From an uncultured Acidobacteriaceae bacterium (lineage in GTDB: Bacteria; Acidobacteriota; Terriglobia; Terriglobales; Acidobacteriaceae): a DNA stretch of 44,122 nt. Both the position numbers and the translations under genes were made by a program. Location: assembly GCA_964521445.1 (NCBI GenBank), contig CAZFRV010000174.1:1-44122 (forward strand), written 5' to 3'. How positions within the stretch are numbered: the first letter of the stretch is position 1; the number at the start of each line of letters is the position of its first letter. The notes beneath the pieces are model-generated. The model was not told the DNA's origin, searched no databases, and worked only from the letters and a program-made list of their open reading frames with translations. This document shows, one piece after another, positions 10,009 through 19,417 of this stretch.

Positions 10009-10523
10009 GTACGGACCTCGCCCTTAGCTGGAGCGATGCGCCGGAAAAAGATTGGCTCCTCAGTTAGGACTCGAACTTGCAACCCTCGAAGGGAAAAGGA
10101 CTATTTCTTTCGTTGTGGTTTTGCGTAATTGCCCGTCATCCGCACAGAATTCCACACGGAGCTGCGCTAACGACGAGAGGCGAGCGCGCGATTTGTGTCA
10201 TTTCCCTGAGCCGGCTTGCTCATCGTAGACGATGCCGCACGTCCTGGGGATCGGTGACCTGGTCGCGGTGACCTTAGTCATCGTCCGATTCGCTCCAGAA
10301 AATCAGAGCTGCCATTGGCGGAGTCCTCCCCGTCTGCAAAGGTACCGGCGATTCACATTAGTACGACGGTAACGTTTGCCGTTAGCGACTGCTGGTTTAA
10401 ATTGCTCACAACGCAGCAGAAATTGGCCCGAAGTGACTCCTCATTTCCTCCCAAGACTCATGGACGGGCACAGGTGCCTCGGGAGTAAACCGAACAATCA
10501 GTGAAAAGGATCAGCAAACGCAC

Positions 10524-11000
10524 ATGAACTCACGCATTTTCAAGACAGCCTTCGTGATCGCGGGGGCGCTCGCCTTGTACCTCCCCCTGCATGCTCAAGT
10601 CAAAGTAACCCTGGTGGCCAGCAAGATCGTCAAGCTTGACGGAGCCGAACAGAAGCAATCCGGTGACAAAGCCAAACCGGGCGATGTGATCGAGTACGAC
10701 GCGGAATACAAAAACACCGAGAAGAGCGCGGTCAAAGATGTTGTCGCCACTCTACCAGTGCCTGCGGGAATGGAATACCTTCCGCAAACGGCCATGCCGG
10801 GCCAGGTGTTGGCCAGCACCGACGGAGCGAATTATGCCCCTGTGCCCTTAAAGAGGGCGGTGCGCGACGCGGGCGGGCAGACGGTCCAGGAGTTGGTCCC
10901 TTATTCAGAGTACCGCTCTTTGCGCTGGAACCTTGGAGACATGGCCGGCGGAATGAGCAAGTCAGTGAAAGCGAGAATGAAAGTAAAGACACAGCAATAG
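10524..11000 (+). CDS. Secreted single-domain DUF11/TIGR01451-type protein; the domain is truncated before its terminal hairpin
   Basis: Signal peptide MNSRIFKTAFVIAGALALYLPLHAQ. The domain core is KPGDVIEYDAEYKNTEKSAVKDVVATLPVPAGMEY...RWNLGDMAGGMSKSVKARMKVKTQQ-stop. It is the first gene of the co-directional operon. Confidence 0.7.
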   Translation: MNSRIFKTAFVIAGALALYLPLHAQVKVTLVASKIVKLDGAEQKQSGDKAKPGDVIEYDAEYKNTEKSAVKDVVATLPVPAGMEYLPQTAMPGQVLASTDGANYAPVPLKRAVRDAGGQTVQELVPYSEYRSLRWNLGDMAGGMSKSVKARMKVKTQQ

Positions 11001-11077
11001 GCAAACAAACACGCACGCAAGAAACCATCAAGCGATTCCCCAGAGCTTGAGATTTTTCTGTAATCGAGGAGAAGGCG

Positions 11078-13750
11078 ATGAAACGGAAGAACTCGCAAGG
11101 GAGGGGGTCGTTTGCAACAGCGGTGCCCTTCATAGTCTTAACGGTGTTGGCTGTAGCGGCGCTTCTTGTGCCCACAGTGGCCAGCGCTCAAACCGCAGCC
11201 GGGACGTCCATCGGCAACCAGGCATCGGCCACATACACAGACAGCTCATCGGTCTCGCGTACGGCGACTTCGAACGTGGTCAACACCATCGTTCAACAGG
11301 TTGCCAGCTTGACTTTGACCGCCAACGGGGCAAAGACAGCGTCTCCGGGTGCACCTGTTTTTTACCCGCACACGTTGACGAACACCGGAAACGGGTCCGA
11401 CAGCTTTACTCTCACGCTGGCCCCGGCACAGTCGGGCGCCTTTACGCTGACCGGCACCCACATCTACCTTGACGCCAATGGCGACGGCATACCGGACAAC
11501 TTTACCGACTTGACTGGGACCAGCGTCACCGTGACCCCGGGCGCGGCGAACGCTTTCAAGTTCGTAATTACCGGTACGGTGCCTCCAGGCGCGACCGCGG
11601 GACAGACCAACAACTTCTCGGTCAGCGCTACTTCGGTTTTTGACAACACCAAGAGCGCCTCCAACACCGATACCACCACGGTCACCTCGAACGCCGTGAT
11701 CAACCTGAACAAGACGATGAGTTCCAACTCTGGTGCGTCACCAAGTGGTCCGTACACGGTCACGTTGACGTACACCAACAGCGGCAACCTCACTGCCACG
11801 ACGCTGAATATCGGCGATGCTCTGCCTGCGGGCATGACCTACGTTGCCGGCAGCGGTCGCTGGAGCGTCACCGGCGCAACCGTCCTGACCGATGCCACAG
11901 GCGACGTCCAGCCGGCCGCAGGATCGCCGCACATCGACTACAGCGTGACCGGCAATACCGTGACCGCGATCGTCGATCAAGTCGCAGCCGGCGTTTCCGG
12001 GCAGATCACCTTCCAGGTAAACATCGCCGCCGGCGTATCTCCCGGCGTGCTGAACAACACCGCAACGCTTTCTTTCAACGACGGCACTGGCACCACGGTG
12101 AACGGTTCCAGCAACACCTATAGCTTTACCGTGCGTCAGAGCGCCGCCGTCACCATCAGCGATACCGGCGTTGCCGCCAACGACAACGACGGCACCATCA
12201 ACGGCATTGACACCATCAACGCCGCCGCTCAAGGCAGCACGGTTACCTTCACCGATGTCGTTACCAATACCGGCAACGGCACCGATTCGTTCGATATCAC
12301 CGTCCCGTCGAACACTTTCCCGGCGGGAACGGTCTTTACCTTGTACAAGAGCGATGGCGTAACGCCGCTTATCGATACCACTGGAAACAGTATTCCCGAT
12401 ACCGGACCGCTGGCCGCCGGCGCCTCCTACACAGTCATTGTGAAGGCCGCGCTGCCTGCGGGCGCGACCGGAGGTCCGTTCAACGCGACGGTAACAGCGA
12501 CATCTACCGTTGCCGGCGCCCTAAACGCCGGCGCGAACGCCAGCATGACGGACCGTTTGGTGGCCATTACCAGCAGCACGGTGGACGTGACCAACAACGC
12601 AGCCATCGGCAGCCCGGGCGTACTAGGCGTCGGCCCCGGTCCGGAAGCATCACCGGTTGTGACCAACGCAACCAATCCCGGTACCACGACTACCTTTACG
12701 CTCTATGTCAACAATACCAGCGGCGCCAGCGTGGCCGATTCGTATGATCTGCTGGCTTCTTCCACCACCACCTTCGGCAGCAGCAGCACGCTCCCGCCAG
12801 GATGGTCGGTGACCTTCCGCGCCAGCAACGGCGCAGATTGCACCGCGGCCAACCTCGGCAGCGTGATCAGCAATACCGGCGTGGTGAACGGCGGTACGGC
12901 AAAGCTTGTATGCGCCGTGATCAGCGTTCCCGCCAACTACGCTGCCGGTGCGCAGGCGGTTTACTTCCAGGCGAAGTCACCCACCTCGGGCGCCCTGGAC
13001 CAGATCCACGATCAGGTGACGGTCAACACCGTGCATAACGTGACCCTCACTCCCAACGGCTCCAACCAGATATTCCCCGGCGGGTCCGTGGTGTACACGC
13101 ATAACTTGACCAACAACGGTAACGTGAGCGAAGCGATCACCTTCAGCAATCCGATCACGTCCGACACACTGGCCGGCTGGTCGTCGGTCCTGTACCAGGA
13201 CACCAACGGCAACGGCATCCTGGACGGAGCTGACCAAGCAGTGTCCACGGCTACAACGTTTACGCTGACGCCCGGGCAGAGCGTGACTATGTTCGTGAAA
13301 GTCACGTCTCCGTCGGGAGCGGCAGTGGGCGCTATCGACACAACCACGCCGCGTGCAGGTTACAACGCAACCTTTGCGACGGCCCAGGACCAGACCACTG
13401 TCATCGACGGCGAATTGCGCCTGGTGAAGCAGCAGGCGCTCGACGCCAACTGTGACGGTGTTCCGGATACCGCGTATCAACAGACCAACATCACCGCTGG
13501 GGCCGTTCCCGGCGCGTGTGTCATCTATCAAATCAATGCAACCAATGCCGGTACCTCGAACATTACCAATGTTGTTGTCAGTGACGCGACACCGGCCTTC
13601 ACCCTGTATCGGAACATTCCGCCGGCAAGCACGACAGTGGGAACCATTGTTGCGCCTGCCAACGGAACCGCTGGAACTATCAGTGCGACGGTGGGCACGC
13701 TGACCCCTGGCCAGTCAGCCGTGATCGTCTTCGCAGTGAAGATCCAGTAA
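11078..13750 (+). CDS. Secreted 890-aa multi-domain DUF11/Ig-like repeat protein (candidate polymerising fibre subunit)
   Basis: AGGAGAAGG RBS followed by ATG 11078. Signal peptide ends ...VPTVASA. About 6-7 beta-sandwich repeats with xPGxxVxYxxTxTNTGN cores and xNTAxLxx...SNxxxxxV ends. T/S/N/G/A-rich composition. Ends ...GQSAVIVFAVKIQ-stop. Confidence 0.85.
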   Translation: MKRKNSQGRGSFATAVPFIVLTVLAVAALLVPTVASAQTAAGTSIGNQASATYTDSSSVSRTATSNVVNTIVQQVASLTLTANGAKTASPGAPVFYPHTLTNTGNGSDSFTLTLAPAQSGAFTLTGTHIYLDANGDGIPDNFTDLTGTSVTVTPGAANAFKFVITGTVPPGATAGQTNNFSVSATSVFDNTKSASNTDTTTVTSNAVINLNKTMSSNSGASPSGPYTVTLTYTNSGNLTATTLNIGDALPAGMTYVAGSGRWSVTGATVLTDATGDVQPAAGSPHIDYSVTGNTVTAIVDQVAAGVSGQITFQVNIAAGVSPGVLNNTATLSFNDGTGTTVNGSSNTYSFTVRQSAAVTISDTGVAANDNDGTINGIDTINAAAQGSTVTFTDVVTNTGNGTDSFDITVPSNTFPAGTVFTLYKSDGVTPLIDTTGNSIPDTGPLAAGASYTVIVKAALPAGATGGPFNATVTATSTVAGALNAGANASMTDRLVAITSSTVDVTNNAAIGSPGVLGVGPGPEASPVVTNATNPGTTTTFTLYVNNTSGASVADSYDLLASSTTTFGSSSTLPPGWSVTFRASNGADCTAANLGSVISNTGVVNGGTAKLVCAVISVPANYAAGAQAVYFQAKSPTSGALDQIHDQVTVNTVHNVTLTPNGSNQIFPGGSVVYTHNLTNNGNVSEAITFSNPITSDTLAGWSSVLYQDTNGNGILDGADQAVSTATTFTLTPGQSVTMFVKVTSPSGAAVGAIDTTTPRAGYNATFATAQDQTTVIDGELRLVKQQALDANCDGVPDTAYQQTNITAGAVPGACVIYQINATNAGTSNITNVVVSDATPAFTLYRNIPPASTTVGTIVAPANGTAGTISATVGTLTPGQSAVIVFAVKIQ

Positions 13751-13760
13751 GAGACAGAAA

Positions 13761-13787
13761 CGGGGAGGCGCTCACGGCGCCTCCCCG
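13761..13787 (+). terminator. Perfect 11-bp GC-rich stem with a 5-nt loop, 10 nt after the stop of the 890-aa gene and with no U-tract. Candidate partial terminator or mRNA-stabilising hairpin inside the operon.
   Basis: CGGGGAGGCGC-tcacg-GCGCCTCCCCG read directly from the sequence. A ~160-nt gap follows before the next start codon. Confidence 0.4.
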
Positions 13788-13945
13788 CAGCTTGAACACG
13801 TTAAACATGGGCCAGGTTCTCTGACTTGGGCGCTCCGAGTAGTCCCGCAGGTTAGGACCGCGGGAGTCAGCCGACAGTCAGGACCCTGGCTGCCATGTGC
13901 AGCTAGTTAGCGTGTTGAGCGAAGTCTCGGCAGAAGTTGGTTCCG

Positions 13946-16900
13946 ATGCGAAAGTCGTATTACATTCTGGCGTGGCTGTACTTGGCGCTCGGGCTCATGG
14001 CCCAGGCGTCTGGGGCCAGTGTTCCTCCCGGGACCTCCATCGACAACCAGGCGACGGCTTCTTACCAGTCTTCCGGGGGGTCGGCAACTTCGGCCAATTC
14101 CAACGTAGTGCATGTGATCGCGCAGGCATCCGGCGCAGGCGCTGCGCTGACCGTCAGCAAGTCAGTATCGAAAGCAACCGCCAACCCCGGAGACCAGCTT
14201 ACTTTCACGTTGAATGTCGCCAATGGCGGGACGGGAGATGCCGTTCCCGTATCGGTTAGCGTTGACGGTGTTCCCGTGCTTAAGATCGTGGTGCGCGACG
14301 TTATTCCGAACAACACCAGGTTTTCGTCGTTTGTCACCGCGGGATCCTCGACGCCGCTTTATCACATATTCGGTTCTCCGCTGCAAAGTTACGTGAGCGC
14401 TGCTCCCTCCGACCTTTCCACCGTTGATGCGATCGCTTTCGTCCTGGATACATTCCCGGCGGCAACCAACGCGAGCTTCAGCTTTAACGTGACGGTCGAC
14501 AGCAACGCCAGCGGGATCCTTCGTAACACCGCGGTGGTGTTTTTCAATAACGGCAGCGATACTTCATCGTCTTCGAACGAAGTTGATGTGACCGTCAATG
14601 GCCCGCCGCCGGGAATCGCCTACTACTTTGATGCGACTTTTTCCAAGGCCATTCAGGCGACGGCCATCACCTCGCCCTTGTGGGTCCAGGTCAACGCCGC
14701 AGCATGCAATGCCGATCCCACAACCGTTGAGACGCGGCCCGTGACTCTGCAGTCCGCGCTGACCGGAGACACGGAAACCTTCACAGCAACGGAAACCGGT
14801 CCCAACACCGGGATCTTCCGCATCTTGCCTGCGGTGCCCATGCGTGACGCCAGCGTGAATCCCGTTGTCTCAGGCAACAAGATCATGGAGGTGCTCAGAA
14901 ACGATCAATTGACGGCATCGTTGAGCGGCTGCGGCACGGCCACGGTCACCGCCACCATCCTGATTGATCCGGGCGGCGTCGTTTTTGACAGCCACAGCAA
15001 TGCGCTGGTTGCCGGAGCGAACGTCACGCTGATCGACGTCACCGGCGGCGGCAACGGCGGCAAGCCTAACCAGCCGGCTTCGGTCTTTCAGTTTGATGGC
15101 GTCACTCCAGCGCCCAGTTCCATAACCACCGGGGCCAACGGCCAGTTCCAGTTTCCGCAGGTGCTGCCGAGCACCTACAAAATCGTAGTGGCGCCGCCGG
15201 CAAACTACACGTTCCCTTCTACCGTCCCGCCAGGGCAGCTTCCTGCCGGGCGCCGAATCGACCCTGCAGCTTCGTACGACGGAAGTTTTGTGGTGAGCAT
15301 CAGCGCCGGCGCAACGATCTTTGACGTTCCCGTGGATACGTCGGCGGCAACGCCGATCTTCATCCAGAAGACGGCCGACCGCGTGAGCGTGGAGCAAGGC
15401 GACTTTGTGAACTACACCGTCGAGATCAAGAACCTGACCTCCACGCCGCTCCCCAACGCGCAGGTAAAAGATACGTTGCCTCCCGGCTTTGTTTACCAGC
15501 TCAAAAGCGCACGCCTGGATGGCGCGCCGATTACCGATCCCGCCGGCGGCAAAGGGCCGATTCTCACCTTCAGCATCGGAACCCTCGCTGCCAACGCGGA
15601 CGTCAAGCTGACATACCGCGTCTTCGTCGGTCCGGGAGCAGGCGTTGGCGACGCGCTCAACAAGGCAGTGGCGCTGAGCGGACAGAGCCAGTCCAACGTG
15701 GCTTCGGCGCGCGTGACCATCACGGCCGGCATCTTCAGCGATAACGGTTTCATCGTCGGCAAGGTGTTCGAAGACTGCAACCGAAACCGCGTGCAGGATC
15801 CCGGAGAACTGGGAATCCCCGGGGTTCGCCTGTACCTGGAAGACGGCACCTTCGCCGTTACCGACGAACGCGGCAAATACAGCCTCTACGGAGTGCCCGG
15901 TCGCACTCACATTCTGAAAGTGGACACTTACAGCCTGCCCGCCGGCGTTGACCTGGTTCCGATCTCCAGCCGCAACGCCGGCGACGGTGGGAGCCGTTTC
16001 ATTGATCTCAAGTTTGGCGAAATGCAGAAAGCGGACTTTGCGGTCATCGGCTGCTCCGAGCCTCTCACCCGCGAGATCGCGAGCCGCGCGAAGAGGCAGG
16101 CTGGCAACGGCGACGAGATGGCCCGCGGAGTGAAGGCTCAATTCAACCCGCAACCTGTCGAGAAGAGCGCGGCGGAGGTCAAGGCTCTGGGGGCCAGCGG
16201 CTTTGTCGGCGCAACCGGCGCGTCGCAACAAGCTCCTGGCAACGCCGTCTCGGGCCAACCCGCCGCAAACATCGCGCCTTCGAGTAAGCCCGCGGCCACA
16301 TCGCCTGCTACGGTCGCTGATCCCAATGAGGAACTCTTGAAGATGGACAACGAACTCGGGTTTGTCGATCTTCATGACCACATCGTGCTGCCTTTTGCGC
16401 AAACTAGAATCCGTGTCAAAGGCCGCATGGGAAACACCTTCAGGCTTACCGTCAATGGCACGGAGCTACCGGCAAAACAGATAGGCAGCAAGTCCACCGT
16501 GGCCGCCAGGCAGTTGGAGGTCTGGGAGTTCGTTGGCGTCAATCTCCGCCCCGGTAAGAATGAGCTCATCCTGACCCAGCTCGATTCATGGGGCAACGAT
16601 CGCGGCACGCACATCATCGAGGTAGTCGCCCCCAGCCAGCTTGGCAAGCTGAAGATTGATGTACCCAAGACGACGTTCGCTGCTGACGGCAAGACTCCCG
16701 TCAAGGTAACGGTCCGGCTGACCGACTCCAACGATGTGCCGGTAACCGTGCGCACACCCATCACCCTGGAGACGACCAACGGGGTGTGGCTGGTTCGGGA
16801 CCTGAATCCCAAGGAGCCGGGAACTCAGGTGTTTATCGAAGGTGGACACGCCGAGTATGAACTGATGCCCCCCAGCGATCCCGGTCCCGGCGTGATCCGT

Positions 16901-19417
16901 GTCAGCAGCGGCGGAGTCAGCTTTGAAAGAAAGGTCGAATTCGTTCCTGAACTGCGCCCGATGATCGCCGCGGGCATTGTGGAGTATCAGGTAAACTTCG
17001 GCAGCCTGGGCCACAACGCGATCCAGCCTTCCCTGAATGATGGCTTCGAGCACGAGCTGCAGCTCTTCTCCGCGCAGAGCGCCGATGGCTCAACCAGTTC
17101 CGGCGGCCACGCCGCTCTGCTGCTGAAAGGAAAGATCAAAGGCGACAATCTTCTCACCCTGGCCTACGATTCCGACAAAGCGTCCGGAGAGCGGCTCTTT
17201 CGAGACATTCAGCCGGACCAGTATTATCCGGTCTACGGAGATGCCTCGGTCCGCGGGTACGACGCTCAGTCCACCAGCAAGGCCTACATTCGCATCGACC
17301 ATGGCCGCACCTACGTGCTGTACGGAGACTTCCTGACTTCCGATCCCGGTGCAGGCAACAGCCTGAGCAACTACAGCCGGAGCATGACCGGCGTCAAGGA
17401 GCACTTTGAAAATGAAAGGGTGAATCTGAGCGGCTTCGCCAGCTACGATTCCAAGCGGCAGATTGTCGATGAACTGCCCGCCAACGGAACCTCCGGGCCG
17501 TTTACGCTTTCCAATCCGAATGGAGTGGAGAACAGCGAAAAGGTCGAGGTACTGACACGAGACCGCAATCAGCCCGCCGTCATTTTGGACATAAGACAAC
17601 TGACGCGATTTGTCGACTATGAGTTCGAGCCCTTTACCGGACAGTTGCTCCTGAAAGCTCCTATTCCGACACTGGATCCGAACCTCAACCCCCTCTCCCT
17701 CAGAATCACCTACGAGGTCAACACTGGCGGCGACAAGTTCTGGGTGGGCGGAGGAACAGCGCAGGTGAAGCTGACCAAATCACTGCAAATCGGCGGAACT
17801 TTCGTGAACGACAGCGATCCCCAAGACCCGAACAAGTTGTACGCGATCAACACCGTCATCAAGCTCCAGGAAAAGACTTCCTTCATCGCCGAGTTTGCCG
17901 GCACTCAGCATGAGAGCGAGGGCACCGGCACCGGCTACCGGCTCGAACTGAATCACGACGGCGCCAGGCTGAAGATGAAGGCCTACTTCACGCGCACCGA
18001 CGCCAATTTCGATAACCCGACCTCGATCATGAACAAGGGGAGAGGAGAATCGGGAATCAAGACCAGTTATGCACTCAACAGCACAACCCGCATCGTAGGT
18101 GAGTTTATTCGCACCGAAGACGTGACCACCACAGGCACCCAGCAGGGCGGCCAGCTTGCCTTGCAGAAGAGCCTGCCTGGGAACATGCAGATGAGCTTTG
18201 GTTTCCGCCATGCGCAAGAGAGCGCAGCTCCAGCTAACACCAGCGACGTAGGGGTGACTCCCAACACGATTGATACGCTGTTCAGCAAGCTCAGCTTGCA
18301 GGTTCCCCACTTCAGCCGCGCGACCGCCAGCGGCGAGTACGAGCAGGACATCGCCGACATGGACAAGCGTATGGTCGCGCTGGGCGGGAACTACCAGCTC
18401 TGGTCGAAAGGCAAGCTCTATTTCCGCCAGGAGCTCATCTCCTCGCTCGGCGACGTGTACTCCCTGAACAGCTTGCAGCACCGGAACACCACCCAGTTTG
18501 GCATTGATACGACGTATTTCAAGGATGCTCACGTTTTCAGCGAGTACCGCATCCGCGATCTCTCCAATGGCCGCGAGGCTGAAGCCGCAATCGGTCTGCG
18601 GAACAACTGGCACCTGGCCCAGGGGCTGGTGGCCAGCACCGGAGTGGAAAGCATCCGCACTCTGAACGGAACCGACGCCAGCTCGCTGGCTCTCACCGGA
18701 GCCGTGGATTACACTGCGCATCCTGACTGGAAGGGTTCGGCCCGCATGGAGTGGCGCGGCAGCTCCACCACCAACAACATTCTGAGCACTCTGGGGTTTG
18801 CCGCGCGTCTCAGCGATAGCTGGACCTTCCTGGGTCGCGAGGTTCTTGCCACCACCACAACCAAGGGAACCAGCGGCGGCACGCATGTCCAAGACCGGCT
18901 GCAGTTCGGCTTCGCACTGCGCGATGCCGAGCGAAACCGCTGGAACGCCCTCAACATGTTCGAAATCAAGGCCGACGACAATAACTCCGTCCCCGGACAG
19001 CCGTCGCGAACCACCGCAGGCATCTTCTCCACCACTGCCAACTACCAGGTGGCCGCGCCGTTTACGCTTTCCGGACGGTACGCCGCCAAGTGGAGCTTGT
19101 CGGGCGATAACCTCCTCTCCAGTTCCGCAACCACGCAGCTGGTGGGCGGCCGCGCCACCTGGGATCTGAGCCGTAAATGGGATTTCGGAGTGGCTGCCAG
19201 CACTACTTACAGTCTGGGCGTTGCCTCGCAGCAATACGGCATGGGATTTGAAACCGGCTACAAGCTGGTGCAGAACCTGTGGATCTCAACCGGCTACAAC
19301 CTCCTGGGGTTCCGCAATCCAGACCTGACGGGAGAAGACGTTACGCGCCGGGGCGCTTTCATCCGCATGAGATTCAAGTTCGATGAAAACGTCTTCTCGC
19401 CGAGGAAGAAAAATTGA
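13946..19417 (+). CDS. Giant (~1823 aa) secreted protein: DUF11, Cna-B/SdrD-B and Big_1 Ig-like domains fused to a ~820-aa C-terminal predicted outer-membrane beta-barrel
   Basis: ORF 13937..19417, with the ATG at 13946 (MRKSYYILAWLYLALGLMAQASG signal). DUF11 cores: NPGDQLTFTLNVANGG and EQGDFVNYTVEIKNLT. SdrD-B-like: GKVFEDCNRNRVQDPGELGIPGVRLYLEDG. Big_1-like: FAADGKTPVKVTVRLTDSNDVPV. The C-terminal ~820 aa show alternating amphipathic strands and end ...GAFIRMRFKFDENVFSPRKKN. Confidence 0.85.
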   Translation: MRKSYYILAWLYLALGLMAQASGASVPPGTSIDNQATASYQSSGGSATSANSNVVHVIAQASGAGAALTVSKSVSKATANPGDQLTFTLNVANGGTGDAVPVSVSVDGVPVLKIVVRDVIPNNTRFSSFVTAGSSTPLYHIFGSPLQSYVSAAPSDLSTVDAIAFVLDTFPAATNASFSFNVTVDSNASGILRNTAVVFFNNGSDTSSSSNEVDVTVNGPPPGIAYYFDATFSKAIQATAITSPLWVQVNAAACNADPTTVETRPVTLQSALTGDTETFTATETGPNTGIFRILPAVPMRDASVNPVVSGNKIMEVLRNDQLTASLSGCGTATVTATILIDPGGVVFDSHSNALVAGANVTLIDVTGGGNGGKPNQPASVFQFDGVTPAPSSITTGANGQFQFPQVLPSTYKIVVAPPANYTFPSTVPPGQLPAGRRIDPAASYDGSFVVSISAGATIFDVPVDTSAATPIFIQKTADRVSVEQGDFVNYTVEIKNLTSTPLPNAQVKDTLPPGFVYQLKSARLDGAPITDPAGGKGPILTFSIGTLAANADVKLTYRVFVGPGAGVGDALNKAVALSGQSQSNVASARVTITAGIFSDNGFIVGKVFEDCNRNRVQDPGELGIPGVRLYLEDGTFAVTDERGKYSLYGVPGRTHILKVDTYSLPAGVDLVPISSRNAGDGGSRFIDLKFGEMQKADFAVIGCSEPLTREIASRAKRQAGNGDEMARGVKAQFNPQPVEKSAAEVKALGASGFVGATGASQQAPGNAVSGQPAANIAPSSKPAATSPATVADPNEELLKMDNELGFVDLHDHIVLPFAQTRIRVKGRMGNTFRLTVNGTELPAKQIGSKSTVAARQLEVWEFVGVNLRPGKNELILTQLDSWGNDRGTHIIEVVAPSQLGKLKIDVPKTTFAADGKTPVKVTVRLTDSNDVPVTVRTPITLETTNGVWLVRDLNPKEPGTQVFIEGGHAEYELMPPSDPGPGVIRVSSGGVSFERKVEFVPELRPMIAAGIVEYQVNFGSLGHNAIQPSLNDGFEHELQLFSAQSADGSTSSGGHAALLLKGKIKGDNLLTLAYDSDKASGERLFRDIQPDQYYPVYGDASVRGYDAQSTSKAYIRIDHGRTYVLYGDFLTSDPGAGNSLSNYSRSMTGVKEHFENERVNLSGFASYDSKRQIVDELPANGTSGPFTLSNPNGVENSEKVEVLTRDRNQPAVILDIRQLTRFVDYEFEPFTGQLLLKAPIPTLDPNLNPLSLRITYEVNTGGDKFWVGGGTAQVKLTKSLQIGGTFVNDSDPQDPNKLYAINTVIKLQEKTSFIAEFAGTQHESEGTGTGYRLELNHDGARLKMKAYFTRTDANFDNPTSIMNKGRGESGIKTSYALNSTTRIVGEFIRTEDVTTTGTQQGGQLALQKSLPGNMQMSFGFRHAQESAAPANTSDVGVTPNTIDTLFSKLSLQVPHFSRATASGEYEQDIADMDKRMVALGGNYQLWSKGKLYFRQELISSLGDVYSLNSLQHRNTTQFGIDTTYFKDAHVFSEYRIRDLSNGREAEAAIGLRNNWHLAQGLVASTGVESIRTLNGTDASSLALTGAVDYTAHPDWKGSARMEWRGSSTTNNILSTLGFAARLSDSWTFLGREVLATTTTKGTSGGTHVQDRLQFGFALRDAERNRWNALNMFEIKADDNNSVPGQPSRTTAGIFSTTANYQVAAPFTLSGRYAAKWSLSGDNLLSSSATTQLVGGRATWDLSRKWDFGVAASTTYSLGVASQQYGMGFETGYKLVQNLWISTGYNLLGFRNPDLTGEDVTRRGAFIRMRFKFDENVFSPRKKN

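Noticed and set aside
10054-10100. tRNA-like 3' fragment on the minus strand (…GGGTTGCAAGTTCGAGTCCTAACTGAGGAGCCA), just upstream of the fibre operon
   Set aside because: It contains a GTTCGAGTC T-loop-like string and a terminal CCA. However, the T-stem arms (GCAAG/CCTAA) do not pair, no matching 5' acceptor strand or anticodon arm can be built, and only ~48 nt are tRNA-like. It could be a decayed att-site remnant marking an island boundary. With no integrase or second repeat in the window, I cannot support that.
14870-16402. 510-aa minus-strand ORF (also 17780..19234, 484 aa; 20893..21906, 337 aa; 22045..23022, 325 aa) inside the giant genes
   Set aside because: All are antisense to plus-strand genes that have signal peptides and many recognisable Ig-like domain motifs. 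The antisense translations are Arg/Ala/Gly/Asp-rich low-information sequence.
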